Source: Podarcis pityusensis
Lineage: Eukaryota
Direction: 5' to 3' (one strand)
DNA length: 64,000 nucleotides
NCBI GenBank assembly: GCA_964106645.2
Contig: OZ067038.1
Positions 25,080-38,107 of this stretch are shown here, in pieces (within the stretch, counting starts at the first letter, position 1; each line of letters starts with the position of its first letter). Both the position numbers and the translations under genes were made by a program. The notes under the pieces are model-generated. The model was not told where the DNA came from. It worked only from the letters and a program-made list of their open reading frames with translations, and made no database searches.

Positions 25080-27494
25080 TGGTCATCATTTGACATCTGC
25101 TCTGCATCATAATAATAGTTTTTTTAAATTTCTATACTGCCCTTCATCCAAGAATCACAGGGCAGCTTACAACATAAAATCACAAAAATACATACCATAG
25201 GAACAAACAAAACCAATAGTCCCTCCATAGTTCAAAAGGCCATAATTGTTTAATTAGTAAGTACAGTAAGATCTTTGAATGGAATGAAGTTTAAGAGATA
25301 TATTAACCCTCCTGCATGTGGTTAGTAAAATCACTCTTGTATCTGATAGTGGACCCAGACACAGTTCCACTTCTAATGTGAATCCGATTTTAGCCTGGCC
25401 AGTTCCTGGGAAAGGGAGTCGACAAGAAACCCTATAACTCTCAACTAGAAAGAGGACAAGGTCCACCATTGCAAACAGCTACCATTAGCCACACCATGCC
25501 AGCTATTTGATTAAGTCAGCTAGGTGCATTCATCGTTACAAGATATTTTGCAATGCTAATTAAACTTCTAAGGTAGGACTGGAGGACCTGTAGTTCTTCA
25601 GGTGTTGTTGGACTCCCAAATCCCATCATCCCTGACCGCTGGACATCTGAAGTCCAAGTGCATCAGTGGGGTGGGGGGTGGGGCACAGATTCCCCTTAAG
25701 GAATAACTTGGAGCAGGGTGGTTAGTAGTTGGAGTTTCAAATTTATTTATTTTTTAAGAGAAAACTATATCCTACACAGAATTAATAGAAGACAACCATG
25801 GTCTTTCATGTCCTCTTTCACCTACCCCCCCTCTGCCCTGCTATGCTTAACATATCTTCTCGAACAGACCTGCTCTCTGTCCCATCTGGAAACATTATGG
25901 CAAAGACTGACAATTGGTTCAGCATGTCTTACTAAGCAGATTTCAGTGGCACTCTTCTACTGACCAGCTTTTGGAACTGATATGGTACAAAAGCCTTCTC
26001 CAAAAGTGGCAGTTTTTAACGTTTTAATAGATGTCTCAAGTTGGGTTTCCAGAGTCTTCAGCTGTCCTTGTGTGCTGCTTTTGTCATGGCTATGGCAGCT
26101 GAAATCCTTGCCCTGATACCTTTGCAAAGAATGTAAGCACCAACTGTACTTGTGCACTAAGTTAAAGCATGTGTGAAAGCTTTACAACTTATTTAGAGTA
26201 CCTTGCAGAGTTCAGGAGCCCTATATCTTTTTACATCAGACTTGATAAAAGGGCCTTTATGTTTAGAAAGCTTGCCTGTTAATATTGCACAGCCAGGCTA
26301 CCAGACTTCAATATAATTCCCAAGGCGTCTTGAATAATAACTGCCTCTCTGGGTGTCTTGGTTTGGATCGAGAGACGAAAAGGAGAGCACACAGGAACAA
26401 GTGTCTCTGGTGCACAAACCAAAGCCAAAAACATCTATCTCTGATTTGCTGGAAATTTAGATGTTCCTTACCATGAGCCAGCCAAGGACTGGAACTGAGC
26501 CACATCAGTGTAAGTATTCCTGAGAAACATGTTGAAGCCTCTATAATAGATAAAACATGGAATGGCAGAACTGATTTGAAGTCTGCAGATCGACATCATT
26601 TATTATTTTTGGCTGGTGAGCAAGTAGTGTCATTAAATATGCATAGAATTTAGTGAAAGACTTTTAACATGTCTGCCTTCTCAGTCTGTGCACTAGTTGC
26701 TCGTGAGATATAACCTACGTTAGTCAACTGAGGCTGTTGGTTGGATATGCTCAGTACTTAACTGAGTTTGCATTTCAGTTATACATAGTAGTAATACCCC
26801 ACTTGCTTTGGTCTAGTGTTTCTCCATGCGGCATCAAAAAGAATTAACACTTCAGACATTTTTGTTTCACCTGATTGCGACTGTCCCACAGGCCCTTTAT
26901 ACATGGCCCCAAAAGAGGAAACAAGTCTCACACTTGTGTGTGAAAGAGGACAAAACTGGGCCATGACTTTGACTAAACAGATGCATATGCTCATCTACAT
27001 GAGCAGATACTATAATTTAATTTAAATACAATCCATTTCTCCATAGCAGGAGAAGAGAGTGGGCAGGTGCCAGCACAGAATCCTATACAAATGCTAACTA
27101 TTCAAGGCCTCTAGTCTCCCTTCTTTGTCTTGAAAGCTGGCACAAACGAGACAACCCTTCAAGAGGACTGCCCTCTGTGAAGTAGGAAATATGGCCACCC
27201 TACTAGCTTTCAGTTCCTTCATCAGTTGAAGGTTTGTTTGCCGAAGAAACAGGAGCCATGCAATGACAAAGAATGAAGCATTCTCTGCTTACGAACACTC
27301 TTCTCTTATTTCAAATGTACAAAATTTGAGATCCAGTCCAAACGAAAGCAAGCTTAGTGGGCAGGATTTGGCCCAGGGGGGCTCCCATTCTTGATCCCTA
27401 GTCTATGACCCCCTGATTATGGCCTCTTGCTTAGAGCATATTCCTTACCATGTCTGCTCAGGTCCTATTGAATTCACTGGGGTTTACTTCCAGG

Positions 27495-27891
27495 TAGGGA
27501 TGGGGTAGATGGCCAATTCAGTTCACATTTAAAGGTGAATCGAATATCAAATTCAAAATTTCCAAAACCATGCAAAAACCAAAACACACAGTTATCCTTT
27601 GAAATTTGCACTCCTCTGAATTTTATGATGTAGCTCTCCAACCAATTTTTACAAAAAAATACAAATATTAGGGGAAAGTGTGCATAAAAATATGTTGGTG
27701 AAAATTATATACCAAAATGCATTTTCTTGGGGAAAACTTGCAAAAATGTGTACATTACAAAAAAGTGTCTATTAGAACAATTTCACACTGAAATGCTGAT
27801 GAATTTTCATGAGGTTTTTTAAAAAAGTTTTCTAATTACTGCAGAAATGAGAAACAGAGAAAACCAAAATCGCCAAATCTTCTCATCCTTA
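27495..27891. mobile_element. Non-autonomous hAT element with Ac-type TAGGGATG termini, nested in a small MITE
   Basis: TAGGGATG...CATCCTTA ends. 8-bp TSD CTTCCAGG / CTTTCAGG. The flanks rejoin into a palindromic MITE. Confidence 0.75.
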
Positions 27892-28930
27892 CTTTCAGGT
27901 AAGTGGTGTTAGGATTGCAGCCTGAGTCCACTGAAGGGGTAGATGAACATTAGGGTGCAAGAGAGAAAGAGGCCACAACATTTTCTACTTTCTACAAGTA
28001 TTTGGAAGAAGAATGACTTCTCTTCTGTGGCAGACCTAGTTGTGTTAGGATTTTAGACATTCTTTTGAGCTGGAGATAGATTTTAGACATTCTTTGGACT
28101 AGAGATAGTTGCAGCCTCTCTCCCCAGTTTTTTAAAAATCACATGCAATCTCCTGCTTGCAGGTCAGCAGCAGTGATAAAAACCCACCATCTGGTCATGT
28201 CTGAAGTAAATATTTAAGAAAACTAAATGCTATATATCATTAACTGGGCTGAGAACTTGCACGACCAAATTTAATCTAGGAACCTCAAAGAGAGCCAGCA
28301 TTTGAAGAGCCATCTCATTAGTACCTTTGGTGAACTGAATCAGGCTCCATTTCATTTTTGTGTCTATCACGATGTAGGAATTGATTAGACTAGCTAGAAA
28401 AGCTGTCACCGTGCAAACAAAGAAATGGGCTGAACTGGCACAAGTACAGGATATGTGAAAATCCACTGCGTCGTTCAATTACATTAGCAAAGAAAGCAAA
28501 CTTGCAAGAGTTCCGATTTTTTGACATCACTCTAGCATAACCCTATGCACCTTTCCCTGGTTATAAATTATCTTATTTCATCAAATTTATATCTTCAGTG
28601 CAGGAATATGCTTGAATGAAATTCTTTTCTTCTCGCACAGCTGATTACACAATATTTAAACTATTTCAAAATATACTCAGGCAAGGATGCAATATACCAG
28701 ACCCACATTTTAAAAGCAGATGCAACCCTCTCTTATGTCAAGTTTGGTCCTGATTGCCATGACATTAAGCAGTTGGCTGGCCCTTGTATTTTGGTTTGCT
28801 AAATAGCAGCCAAGGGGCTTGATCCAAACTGCTGCTGTTTAAGAACCAGCAAGATGCACTGCTAACGGGCTGTTCCATATCATAGCCTACATGTGTACAA
28901 TGCATTGCAGAAGGTATAAGAATATGGATG

Positions 28931-29330
28931 CAGGAGTAGAGGAAGGGGGTGCAGTGGAAGTGGTCCGCCCCAGGTGTCACCACTGAGGGGGGTGACAAAA
29001 TGCTGGCCGGCACTCACCGTGCGGCCTGCAGTGCGCCTGAGCCACGTGTCTCTCCTGGGAGTGGCGTGCTGGCTTGGGCACCCACAGGCTCCGCGCTGCC
29101 CAAATGGTTCACCCGCTGCCTCCCCTCCCAGCTGTAGGGCGGCTGAGTGGGAGGAGGCAGGCAGACTCCAAGGCCCTGCGGAGCATCCTGCCCCAGCTGG
29201 CCCTGCCCCTGCCCAGGTGCCCGATCAACTTGCTCTGCCACTGCATGGATGACCAGACACAGGAGAGAGGGGCCGCTGCTGGTACCTCAGCTGGTGGAAG
29301 GCTCTACATGTCACGGTAGCCAGTTGGGTG
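28931..29330. mobile_element. GC-rich DNA-transposon remnant
   Basis: Abrupt GC-rich block starting caggagtagaggaaggggg...ggtccgccccaggtgtcacc. Similar blocks lie at ~44176-44330 and ~48834-49039. Confidence 0.4.
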
Positions 29331-32300
29331 TGTTAGATCAGCAAGCACTCACAAACTACAAAGGGAACTTTTTTAAATTGCAAAACTGCTCTAGAGATTG
29401 GTGGGAGAGTGGGACAGATGTAAAATGTGGGCAGGGTAATTGGCATGTATCTTACCTTTAGACACCCTGCCTGCCGTGGGCAGTTGAGAAGGGATGCCAG
29501 CATTAAGAGCTTTAGAGTCTCTAAGCACTTAATAGATTGTGGTGCACCCATACCTACTTACTTACCTACCTACCTAGCTACTTACCTCTCTCTATGACAC
29601 TTTACCAGTTACCAGAATCTAATTTTGTTGTATTTCCAAGATTAAAGCATATTATATTATTTTATTTCATTTTATTTTATTGTGTGTGTATATGTGTGTG
29701 TATTTTTCTTTTATTGTGGGAGCCTTTTTTGTGGAACTTGGTTCAGCTACAACATATGGTCCAATGTAAATCTAGCACTGGAAAAATTCTGTGGTGCCCT
29801 CCTTCCCTTGATGTCTTAAGCACGTGCTTATTTTGCTTAATGGTTAATCCAGCCCAGATCAGCACCGATTTCAGGTAAGGTGGTGCTGATTTCCATCAGT
29901 ATCTCATTGAAATTGTGTGAGATCTTGCAGAGTGCGTGAGATCTCATGCAATTTCAGCAAGCTCTCACCCAAAATTGGCACTTCTCTGCCACTAGCGGAG
30001 GTGGCAGGGCAGGTGGCACAAACAGCAGCAGTGGCAGGGTCACACTTCCTGTTGTGCCTCAAGTAGTGAAACAGGACAGGCCATCCCTGTTTACCTTTGT
30101 ACAATAGGCTACATTCCAGTCACATAAAAGCCAGAGGTTTCTTTACACTGCTCCCCAGTGTGGATGTAGTGTGCAAGATTAACTGTCCTCTATTGGTGAA
30201 TATCCATCAAAAATGTTTCAGACTGGAAGCAAAAATGTTCATTTCTGCAGTTTTGAGCAGTTTAAGTGCTTCATTTGTTGTGCACTAGTTTAATGGCTGG
30301 CTGTTGCAGTGTATTTTTTTTCATAAAGCCAGAAGGATGACATAAAATGTATTTGATTTTAAAGCAACCATGACAGAAGGCCTCTCAAGTTTTCTTCCAG
30401 ACATAACGTGCTCCTGAGGAGTGTATGTGTGCAGGGCTTGCTTCTGTGCAGACTGGATGGAATGCCGACAGCTTCAGTATTAAAAACATGACTAAATAGA
30501 AGAAACATTTGCTGTTCATTAAGCAAGTCCATAAAAGTGTTCACTATGAGAAGGGAGCCAGCATTTCTGCTTTCATTGTTTGAGGGTGGAGGAAGGAGCG
30601 TCTTGGATCAAGAAAGGAGTTCTTCTCTGTCACTTTTATCGCTTGGCACAGTCTCTGGTTTGTCTGCATCCAAATTGAAATGAAAAACAGGGGGTGTCAG
30701 GAGCCCTATCGCTAGGAATGCAATCCAGTATTCTAAAAATAATGTCCAGAGGAAGTTTCATATCATTTTTAGAACATGCTACTTCTCAGAACTAAGGGAA
30801 GAATCCAACAAAGCAGGAATGCAAAAGTGATCCTCTTTTGCCTGCCTGTGCAGCTGACCAGCTCAACCAAGTGTGTATATTCATATCTACAACTAGGCAA
30901 AAGTGGCTCAATATTGGATGCTGGGCTAAAAAGTCACAATAGTCAGTTTCAGTGCTCTGCCTATACAAACAACTGCAATTGTTGCTTCAGTTCAGCCATT
31001 TGAACAGACCTTGCTGTGCTGTCTGGCAGGGGTGCCAGCTCCTGGGGGCCGAGCCCTTTTGGGTCTCCCAATATTTTGGGGGTGGGGGCCACCCCCCCAT
31101 GTCCAAAAAGCATGGAGGTGAAGCATGGAGCCAAGGGCAGTGCGATTCCAGTAGCCGATTCCTCCTGCTCCTGCTGCCATGAAGGGGAAGGAGGATCAAA
31201 GAAGCCACCTGCCACTGGTGGTACCAGGAGGGGGAGCCACTGGCCACTGAAGCCATGTGGCCATCACATTCAGCTCTGCCCCCAACTTCTCCTGACATCC
31301 TGATGTCATGCACATGTTACCTGCAACATCATGCATGTGATGTTGGCCCCCCCATTGCCCTTGCAAGCTGGAGCCTCTGTTGCCAGGCAAGTTTTCCAGA
31401 AGTGCAAGAGTGTTTTTGCAGACTTAGCAACATAGCTCAAGACCTAGCTTAACAAAAGTGGGGTGGTAACATTCAAACAGAGAGGAAACCAAGAAGCGTG
31501 GAGCATATTTTGAAGAGAGCTTCCTGCAATTCTGGCCCTCTAAATGCAATCACATGGGAGTTAATATTTTTGCCCAAACGTGTAAACTATCCTCTGATCT
31601 CTTCCCTACCCTCAAGCAGGTGAAGGTGTTCTTTTGGGGCAGTTCATATATGGAAGTTAAGATAAACTACTGCCACATTTCCCTAAATTGCTTGGAGGAG
31701 AGTGGAACACTGCCAATAAGAAAAGCACAACAGATCTGAAGCGCCATGGGATGCTTTGCTGCTATTTTGCCAGGTAGGAATCCTCATGTTTGAATGGAGT
31801 GGATCCAGAACACAGATGAATGCAGGGGAGTCACTGGAGGTGGATGAACTGCTCCTGAAGGTGCGTAAATCTTACTCTTGCACACACACTAAAAATAAAC
31901 CTTCTGTGTAGTATAGGGTGGAAGCGTCCCTCAAGTTTTAATTCCGGGAAGGGGTGCTCTTTAGTCATATCAGGCATTTGGGAAACAATGCAAACAGTGC
32001 TGGCCAGAGGCTGGTCATGATTCCTAGTTTTGAAGAAAAAAGCTTGTTCAGAGTTTCTGCAGTGGATTGGAGCAAAGGGGTATGGCTGGCAAGACAGAAC
32101 TTGTTCTTGAAATAATTCAAAGCTCCTTTCAGAAGTGTAAGGAGGGGCAGGCAAGGGAGCACACAGGCTTGGTCTACAGAAAGACCCAGACAGTTCCAAT
32201 GCCCAGCACTTCCAGTTCAACAATCAGGACAGGGGAAGGCTCCTTTCTGAAGACCCTTGAAAGCCAAAGCCATAAGACAATGCCTAAGAAAAGCCTTCTG

Positions 32301-32589
32301 CACCACAGTAAAGACCTATCTAATCCCAGTAGCAGCATGTGTGGTGTGATGGATCCACCTTCACAACACGGGTGTTGCTGCTGCTTATTCGCTTACCAAT
32401 CCAGCAATCCTGTTCATGCAACCACATGACCCCAACGTCCCCCTTGCCCACCCCCATCCAGGTATGCAGTGGAGATTTCAGTGTTGGGAGGGTGGATCTG
32501 CAGAAACCCCACTATCTAGCTCCCACAGTGCTAACTAAATACCTATAGGAAACCCACAAGCAAAGCATGAGTGCAATAGTACTCTCTCA

Positions 32590-32810
32590 GTATTGTTCAC
32601 CAGCAATTGGCATGGCACATAGAGTTAAGACATAACCAGAATGTCTACTATCCAATGGTTGATTAAAGCCATTCAGGTTGGTGGCCATCATTACACAATG
32701 TGGCTGAGTGGAGAAGTGCTTCCTTTTGTCACTCCTGAATCTCCCACCACTGAGCTTTGTTGGAAGATTCCAGATGCCAATATTATGAGAGAGGGAGAAG
32801 TGGGTCTCCT
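32590..32810 (-). mobile_element. CR1 LINE 3' fragment
   Basis: The minus-strand translation KLSGGRFRSDKRKHFSTQ...MATNLNGF matches the CR1 ORF2 C-terminus. Confidence 0.75.
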
Positions 32811-33410
32811 TTTTTTCTACACCGCACATAATTTTACACACATTATCTTGCTTCCTATTTACTTGCCTTCTCTCCCCCCCCCCCCCGCCATTGGCTCTTC
32901 ATCCATCTAAGCCATATCTACCATTGAAATTATTCTTTGGAAAAGGAATCTGACTTTGAGGATGTGCACCACAGGCCCCAGGTCCTTGAAACCCAGTTTC
33001 CCCTCCTCTCAGTATCACTTCCCTAACCCACTGGGCAAACCAAGCACAATGTGCTGCCCCCAACCCCAGCAATATGCAGGAAATACATGCAGCAACCTTT
33101 GCCTATTGTGGTTGGAGGGTGGAGAAAGGGGTCGTGCTGGCCCCTCTTGTTTTTCTATAGGGTCTCTTTCTTCCCCTTCCCCGTATTCTACCATCAGACT
33201 CTGCCCATGGATCTTCTTAAAATTGCACCACATTTCTTTGCACTCTTGAGGGTTGACCAGGTTGCCCTATCACACTTCGATAATGGCTTGTTGACCTTCT
33301 AGAGAGATGAGGGATATGGCAAAATTAGATGTTCAGATCACCATCAAACTGAGGATTCCTCAAATACTCCTTAGCCAATCTGCCTTCCTGCCTCTCCAGC
33401 ACAGTTCCCC

Positions 33411-33500
33411 GTTTCCATAGCAATGGTGTATTACTTTAAATAGGTTTCATTCCAAAACAATATTGTGGTTCCTCGTCTATTGTGGTTTAATTAAAAATAA
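33411..33500. promoter_or_regulatory. Candidate enhancer motif cluster (RFX, TEAD, SOX, 2x RUNX, MEF2)
   Basis: GTTTCCATAGCAAT 33411, CATTCC 33448, AACAAT 33456, TGTGGTT 33464 and 33481, TTAAAAATAA 33491, all in repeat-free sequence. Confidence 0.4.
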
Positions 33501-33838
33501 CCTTTCTTTCCTGAATCCCCCTGGCATAAGTCTTTGTTTTGTCTGCCGAGTGAGATGTTAGAGATGACCTTCCTAATTAGCTGACTCCTCTGTCCAAGGA
33601 CTAGAGTTAATCATGATATGTTTTGTAAATGGTTTCAGCAGAGAACTGAACTTGGACCATCATGATTAGAATGCATTTTAAACCTTCAGCAAGATGAGCT
33701 AAAATGATTTTTCCCATTACCTGAAATTTCAGTGAATGCAATTATTGTTCAGAAGCTGCACAGCTCAGCAATGGTCTTAATATGCCGTATCTTGCATCAG
33801 CATGTAACTCTGATTTTGCAAAGAGAAGATGTGGAATC

Positions 33839-34042
33839 AGAACATAAGATAAGCCTGCTGGATCAGGCCAATGGCCCATCTAGTCCAACTCCTGTTCTTA
33901 CAGTGGCTGACCAGATACCTGTGGGACGCCTGCAAGCTGGACTTGAGTGAAAAGGTATTCTGCCCACCTGTGATTCCCAGCAACTGGTATTCAGAGGCAT
34001 TGTGCCTTTGACAGTGGAGGCAGAACACAGCCATTGTGGCTA
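33839..34042 (-). mobile_element. CR1 3'UTR fragment
   Basis: agaacataag...ctgctggatcaggccaatggcccatctagtcca, a typical squamate CR1 3' end read in reverse. Confidence 0.7.
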
Positions 34043-34246
34043 TTGATATTCTCCCATATTTGAATTGGGGTGGGGGGAGAAATACCTTGGGAGTATTGTT
34101 GCTTTCCTGTTGCTTGGTTGAACCATTCATCAACATACAACATTCATCAGCTGAAAGCTGAAAGCACTATAGTTGTGATCTGATTTGTTGCAACAAGGGT
34201 CATAGATAGAAAAGCATTCCCACATGCTGGAGGATATATAATAAAC

Positions 34247-34526
34247 CAGGGGTCAGCAACCTTTTTCAGCCATGGGCCGGCTTAGAGTCTAAGGCTTAGA
34301 CCATGTGGTGGGCCAGACTATATTTTGAAAAAAAATATGAACGAATTCCTATGCCCCACAAATAACCCAGAGATGCATATTAAATAAAAGCACACATTCT
34401 ACTCATGTAAAAACACCAGGCAGGCCCCACAAATAACTCAGAGATGCATTTTAAATAAAAGGACACATTCTACTCATTGGCAATTGGGCTGCATCTGGCC
34501 CATGGGCCTTAGGTTGCCTACCCCTG
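34247..34526. mobile_element. hAT MITE with an internal ~54-bp duplication
   Basis: TIR CAGGGGTCAGCAACCT / AGGTTGCCTACCCCTG. Perfect 8-bp TSD TAATAAAC (34239-34246, 34527-34534). Confidence 0.9.
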
Positions 34527-35854
34527 TAATAAACTAATGGTGAACTCAATTTTCTTAATGTGGCCTCTTGTGTAGCCAAAATGGGACCATCTACACATAG
34601 GGAAAAGGTATTGGCTAGTTTAGGGGAACCCAAAGGTCTGCATAATGATTTTGTAAAAAATGAGGTGGGGAGCTTAATAGGGAACCCCAAACAGGTCAAT
34701 GAAGACTGAGCATGCTCAGTGGCCACAGAATGCTGAATGTATTGAAGTTGGGGAAGAGAAAACCAAGGTATGGAATAAAGTATACCAAACAAAGGCTTGG
34801 ACACTGAACTGGAGCACTCCATGTTGCAACATATTGTTGAGAAGTCCCACTTGTGATGCCTTCAATAGAAGCCTTATTGCCTCCTTTATTTATTGGAATG
34901 GAAGGTCAGAGGCCCACTATTATAGTTCAGTGAACAGCATGTGGGTTCTACCAGTCTATAGCAAGCACACATAAAGAAGAAATGTAACAGGGAAGATTCC
35001 ACTTTGTTCACATAACAGGCTTCTGTTTTGAGGTAGTGTCAGATTCTTTACCGCCCTTTTGAAGAAAGATGTGAGTGGGATGTGCAAACAAAGCTTCTTT
35101 ATTAAAGCAGAGTATGGATCAAAGGAGGAATACTGTTCTAGCCCTACTTTCTTTGTCCCTTTCTCCCTGAGAGTTGCCTGTTCACATATGGATGGGAACC
35201 ACTCCCAGGCTGGCCTGGAAACCCAAACCGGAAAGAGGAAAGGCCCAATGGGAACTTGATTGTCACTCCTTCCCTACACTTAATTTGTCTGTTTGCACTC
35301 AGTAGTCAATATCAAATTACTCAGCAGACAACTCCCATGACTTTGCTATGGACATTTAAAGATGTGTCAGTGAAATGTTGGCTTGTAATCTAGAGATAAT
35401 TTGGAGAATTTTGGTAATGCTGATATTTTCTTTTCAGTTGTATTCAGCTCAACTTCCTTGCCCCTTCCTTGTGGAGAGAGGAAGAAACTTAGAGCTGCAC
35501 ACACTGACAGCAGCCCAACAAAAATGCAAGTGTGCCCAGCCCATTCAATGGCTTACCAGTGGATGAGCATGCTTAACTCTTGATTGTGGCAATGATAATA
35601 GTTACATGTAAAGTGTACCACATTAACAAGGCAAACATATGTTTGCAAATAGTGAGGCAAATGTGCACTCTGAGTAGATGTGGGTATTATATAAGGACGT
35701 TCACTAGGGAACATTGATGATGTGTACTTTGACAAATATTAACATCTTTGTGTGATGTGGCTTCCAGGCTCTCTGTATCTCATGGGATCTACTTTTTCTC
35801 ACTGTCAGGGAAATAGTGGGGAGTAAAAACCATAGCAACTGTGGATGAGCCCCA

Positions 35855-36042
35855 GGGAAGAGCTATAGCTCAGTGGAAGAACATCTATTTTGCTTGCAGA
35901 AGGTCCAAGGTTTAGTCCCTGACATATTCAAGAAGAGCTGAGAGAGGTCCATCTGAAAACCTGGAGAGCATCTGCCAGTCAACGAGTACATATTACTAAG
36001 CTAGGAGCACCCATGATCAAAGGCACTATAAGGCAGCCTCCT
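35855..36042 (+). mobile_element. Old tRNA-derived SINE
   Basis: Box A-like tagctcagtgg and degenerate box B. Homologous copies at 44029-44135 (-) and 55918-56078 (+). Confidence 0.65.
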
Positions 36043-37214
36043 GTGGTCACATTTGCACCATACATTTCAGGCACTCCTATACAACTAAGAGTCATTGCTT
36101 TCCCAAAAAAAATCCTGGGAAATGTAATTTGTTAAGGATGCTGACCTCACAAACTTACAGTTCCCAACTCCCTTAACAGGATTCTCCATGATGGTTAAAA
36201 TTTGTATAAGATTTAATTCTATGTTTCTATGAATGCCATGAAAGGAAGCGCTTCTTGGAGCTGGAGACAGTGGAGTCTATGATGGCACAATCCTAACTCC
36301 ATTTACCTAGGAGTTAGCTGCACTGAACTCAGTAGACTTAATTATGAGCAGCCAAGGTTAAGATTGTGCTGTTGGTGCCCTGCTTGCACCTCTGTGAGGA
36401 CTGTTTCCTCCGAGTTTTCAAGTTGTCATGATGATGACATGGACAACACATTACTAGTTGAGTGGTCAAAATATAAGCAGATTTTGATTGAACTTGTAGA
36501 ACATTCGGAGAAATCATAGCAGAAAGTACCCTTAGGAAATGGAAACAATGGGAAATAGAAGTAAGTCACTGAAAGAAACCCCAGACGAAAAGATCTTTGT
36601 TCTAAAGGGCTTATTCACAAGAATCAGAGAATTTAGCCTTCACAAGTCCCAGTTCAAAGGCAATAGCAAGATTTCCTGCTATGCACTAGTTGAAGGTACA
36701 AAGCTGTTTGCCCCTTTTAAAAAATGGGGAGGGGGAGAGAAAGAGAAAAAACAAGGGTATGTGTATCCTTTGTAATAAGAGAAGGAGTCCCTACCATCAA
36801 AGAACTAAATACAAGTGACATTTAAATAGGATAGGGGGAGTATGTAGAAGGATGGTACATAGATGTGGGAGGAAATGACTGGTGTTTGCTTTCCCCCCCT
36901 TTTTTCTTGACTTGGTAAACTGTTTTGCAATGTTGCTGTACAGGAGAAATTACATGTTACTTCCATAATTTCCCTTTTCTTTAGAATTGCCAAACACTTT
37001 TTACAATGCATGTAGATGATGATCTTGTAAAATTGTCACAGTCCAGGGTTTTCTTCCCCCGGATCAGTTTTCTGGCAAAATTAATGGTAATAAAATGTGG
37101 TCGCAGCACCAGCCTGCCCAGTGTGGAAAAAGAGTGCTGCTGTATAATATAAACCTATATTAAGTGCCGCTGGAACTTGTTCTAACTCTACTTGCAGCGC
37201 ATTTCAAAAATTCG

Positions 37215-37402
37215 CAAGGCCTCTGAAAAAGGCAAACTTTTAAAAGTCGCAAGATGGAACAGGAGGTCTATCCTGCCTTCCATCGCACTGACTGAAAACC
37301 ATAAAGAAAGGAACATCAAAGACATCTTGAGGAAGAGAGTTCCAAATGGAAGGAGCCCCAGGTGAAAAGCCTTTGTTCCTGGCACCTACTCACCTGACAT
37401 CT
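37215..37402 (-). mobile_element. Degenerate L2 LINE ORF2 3' fragment
   Basis: The minus strand resembles the L2 end-of-ORF2 pattern (R/K-AFS...P.LWN.LP): aaggcttttcacctggggctccttccatttggaactctcttcct. Confidence 0.5.
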
Positions 37403-37912
37403 ACCAAAGAACAGAGCAAGGCCTTGCTAGAACCTCTTAACCTGAATCAAGTAATTACAGTACAATCCTAGCCATGCCTAAATTCTTTCCTACCTGATAT
37501 TTCCCAGGTCCAAGTTGTTGCTAGGTGGCTTTCTGGCTTTCCACAGGGCAAGCTGATTGGGGAGGCAGTACGGAGCAGGGGAAACAGTCCATAGGAAAAA
37601 GGGAAATGCTTCTACTCCCTACCATTTCTCCGACTCATAATGTTCAATTGTGTTGAATGTAATCAAATAACTTAACCTACGAAAGAGAAAAAGAATATAT
37701 TAAGACACTTTATGTAACTCTGAAATACTTACCTGCTTAACTTGCTCTGAGACAGCCAGTAATACTTTTTTCATTCGTCATTGTTGTTTTTGTTTATGCA
37801 GGAAAATAAAAGTTTTTTTTTAAAAGGATGAATGGGATGTTAAGTACATCTGCCTTTAATGTTAGCCTCAAAGACCTTCATTACTTTAATGTAGTTGTTC
37901 AAACAAGCTGAT

Positions 37913-38107
37913 CCATATAAGGCAGAAAACTGTGCAGCTCCCTCTACTAGGAGGCTGCAGTGTTGACAGAGGAATTGCTTTGCGTGAGCACCTTATCTAT
38001 AAGATTGGTGATAAACTGAAAAATTCCATGTGATCAACAGAAAGCATTTCATTCTTATCTGAAGGGAAAACCAGAGAGATGTGCATGAGATAGCTGGAGG
38101 GGAATGT
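37913..38107. promoter_or_regulatory. Candidate SRF/GATA/TEAD enhancer
   Basis: Perfect CArG CCATATAAGG 37913-37922. GATA sites at 37992, 38010 and 38054. GGAATGT (MCAT) at 38101. Confidence 0.45.

Larger units (their letters stand above)
19666..25100 (+). other. DCAF5: Putative DCAF5 3'UTR (3' end uncertain)
   Basis: U-rich, largely repeat-poor sequence after the stop. AATAAA at 21887 and a cluster at 24963, 25009 and 25074. The end point is inferred. Confidence 0.5.
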
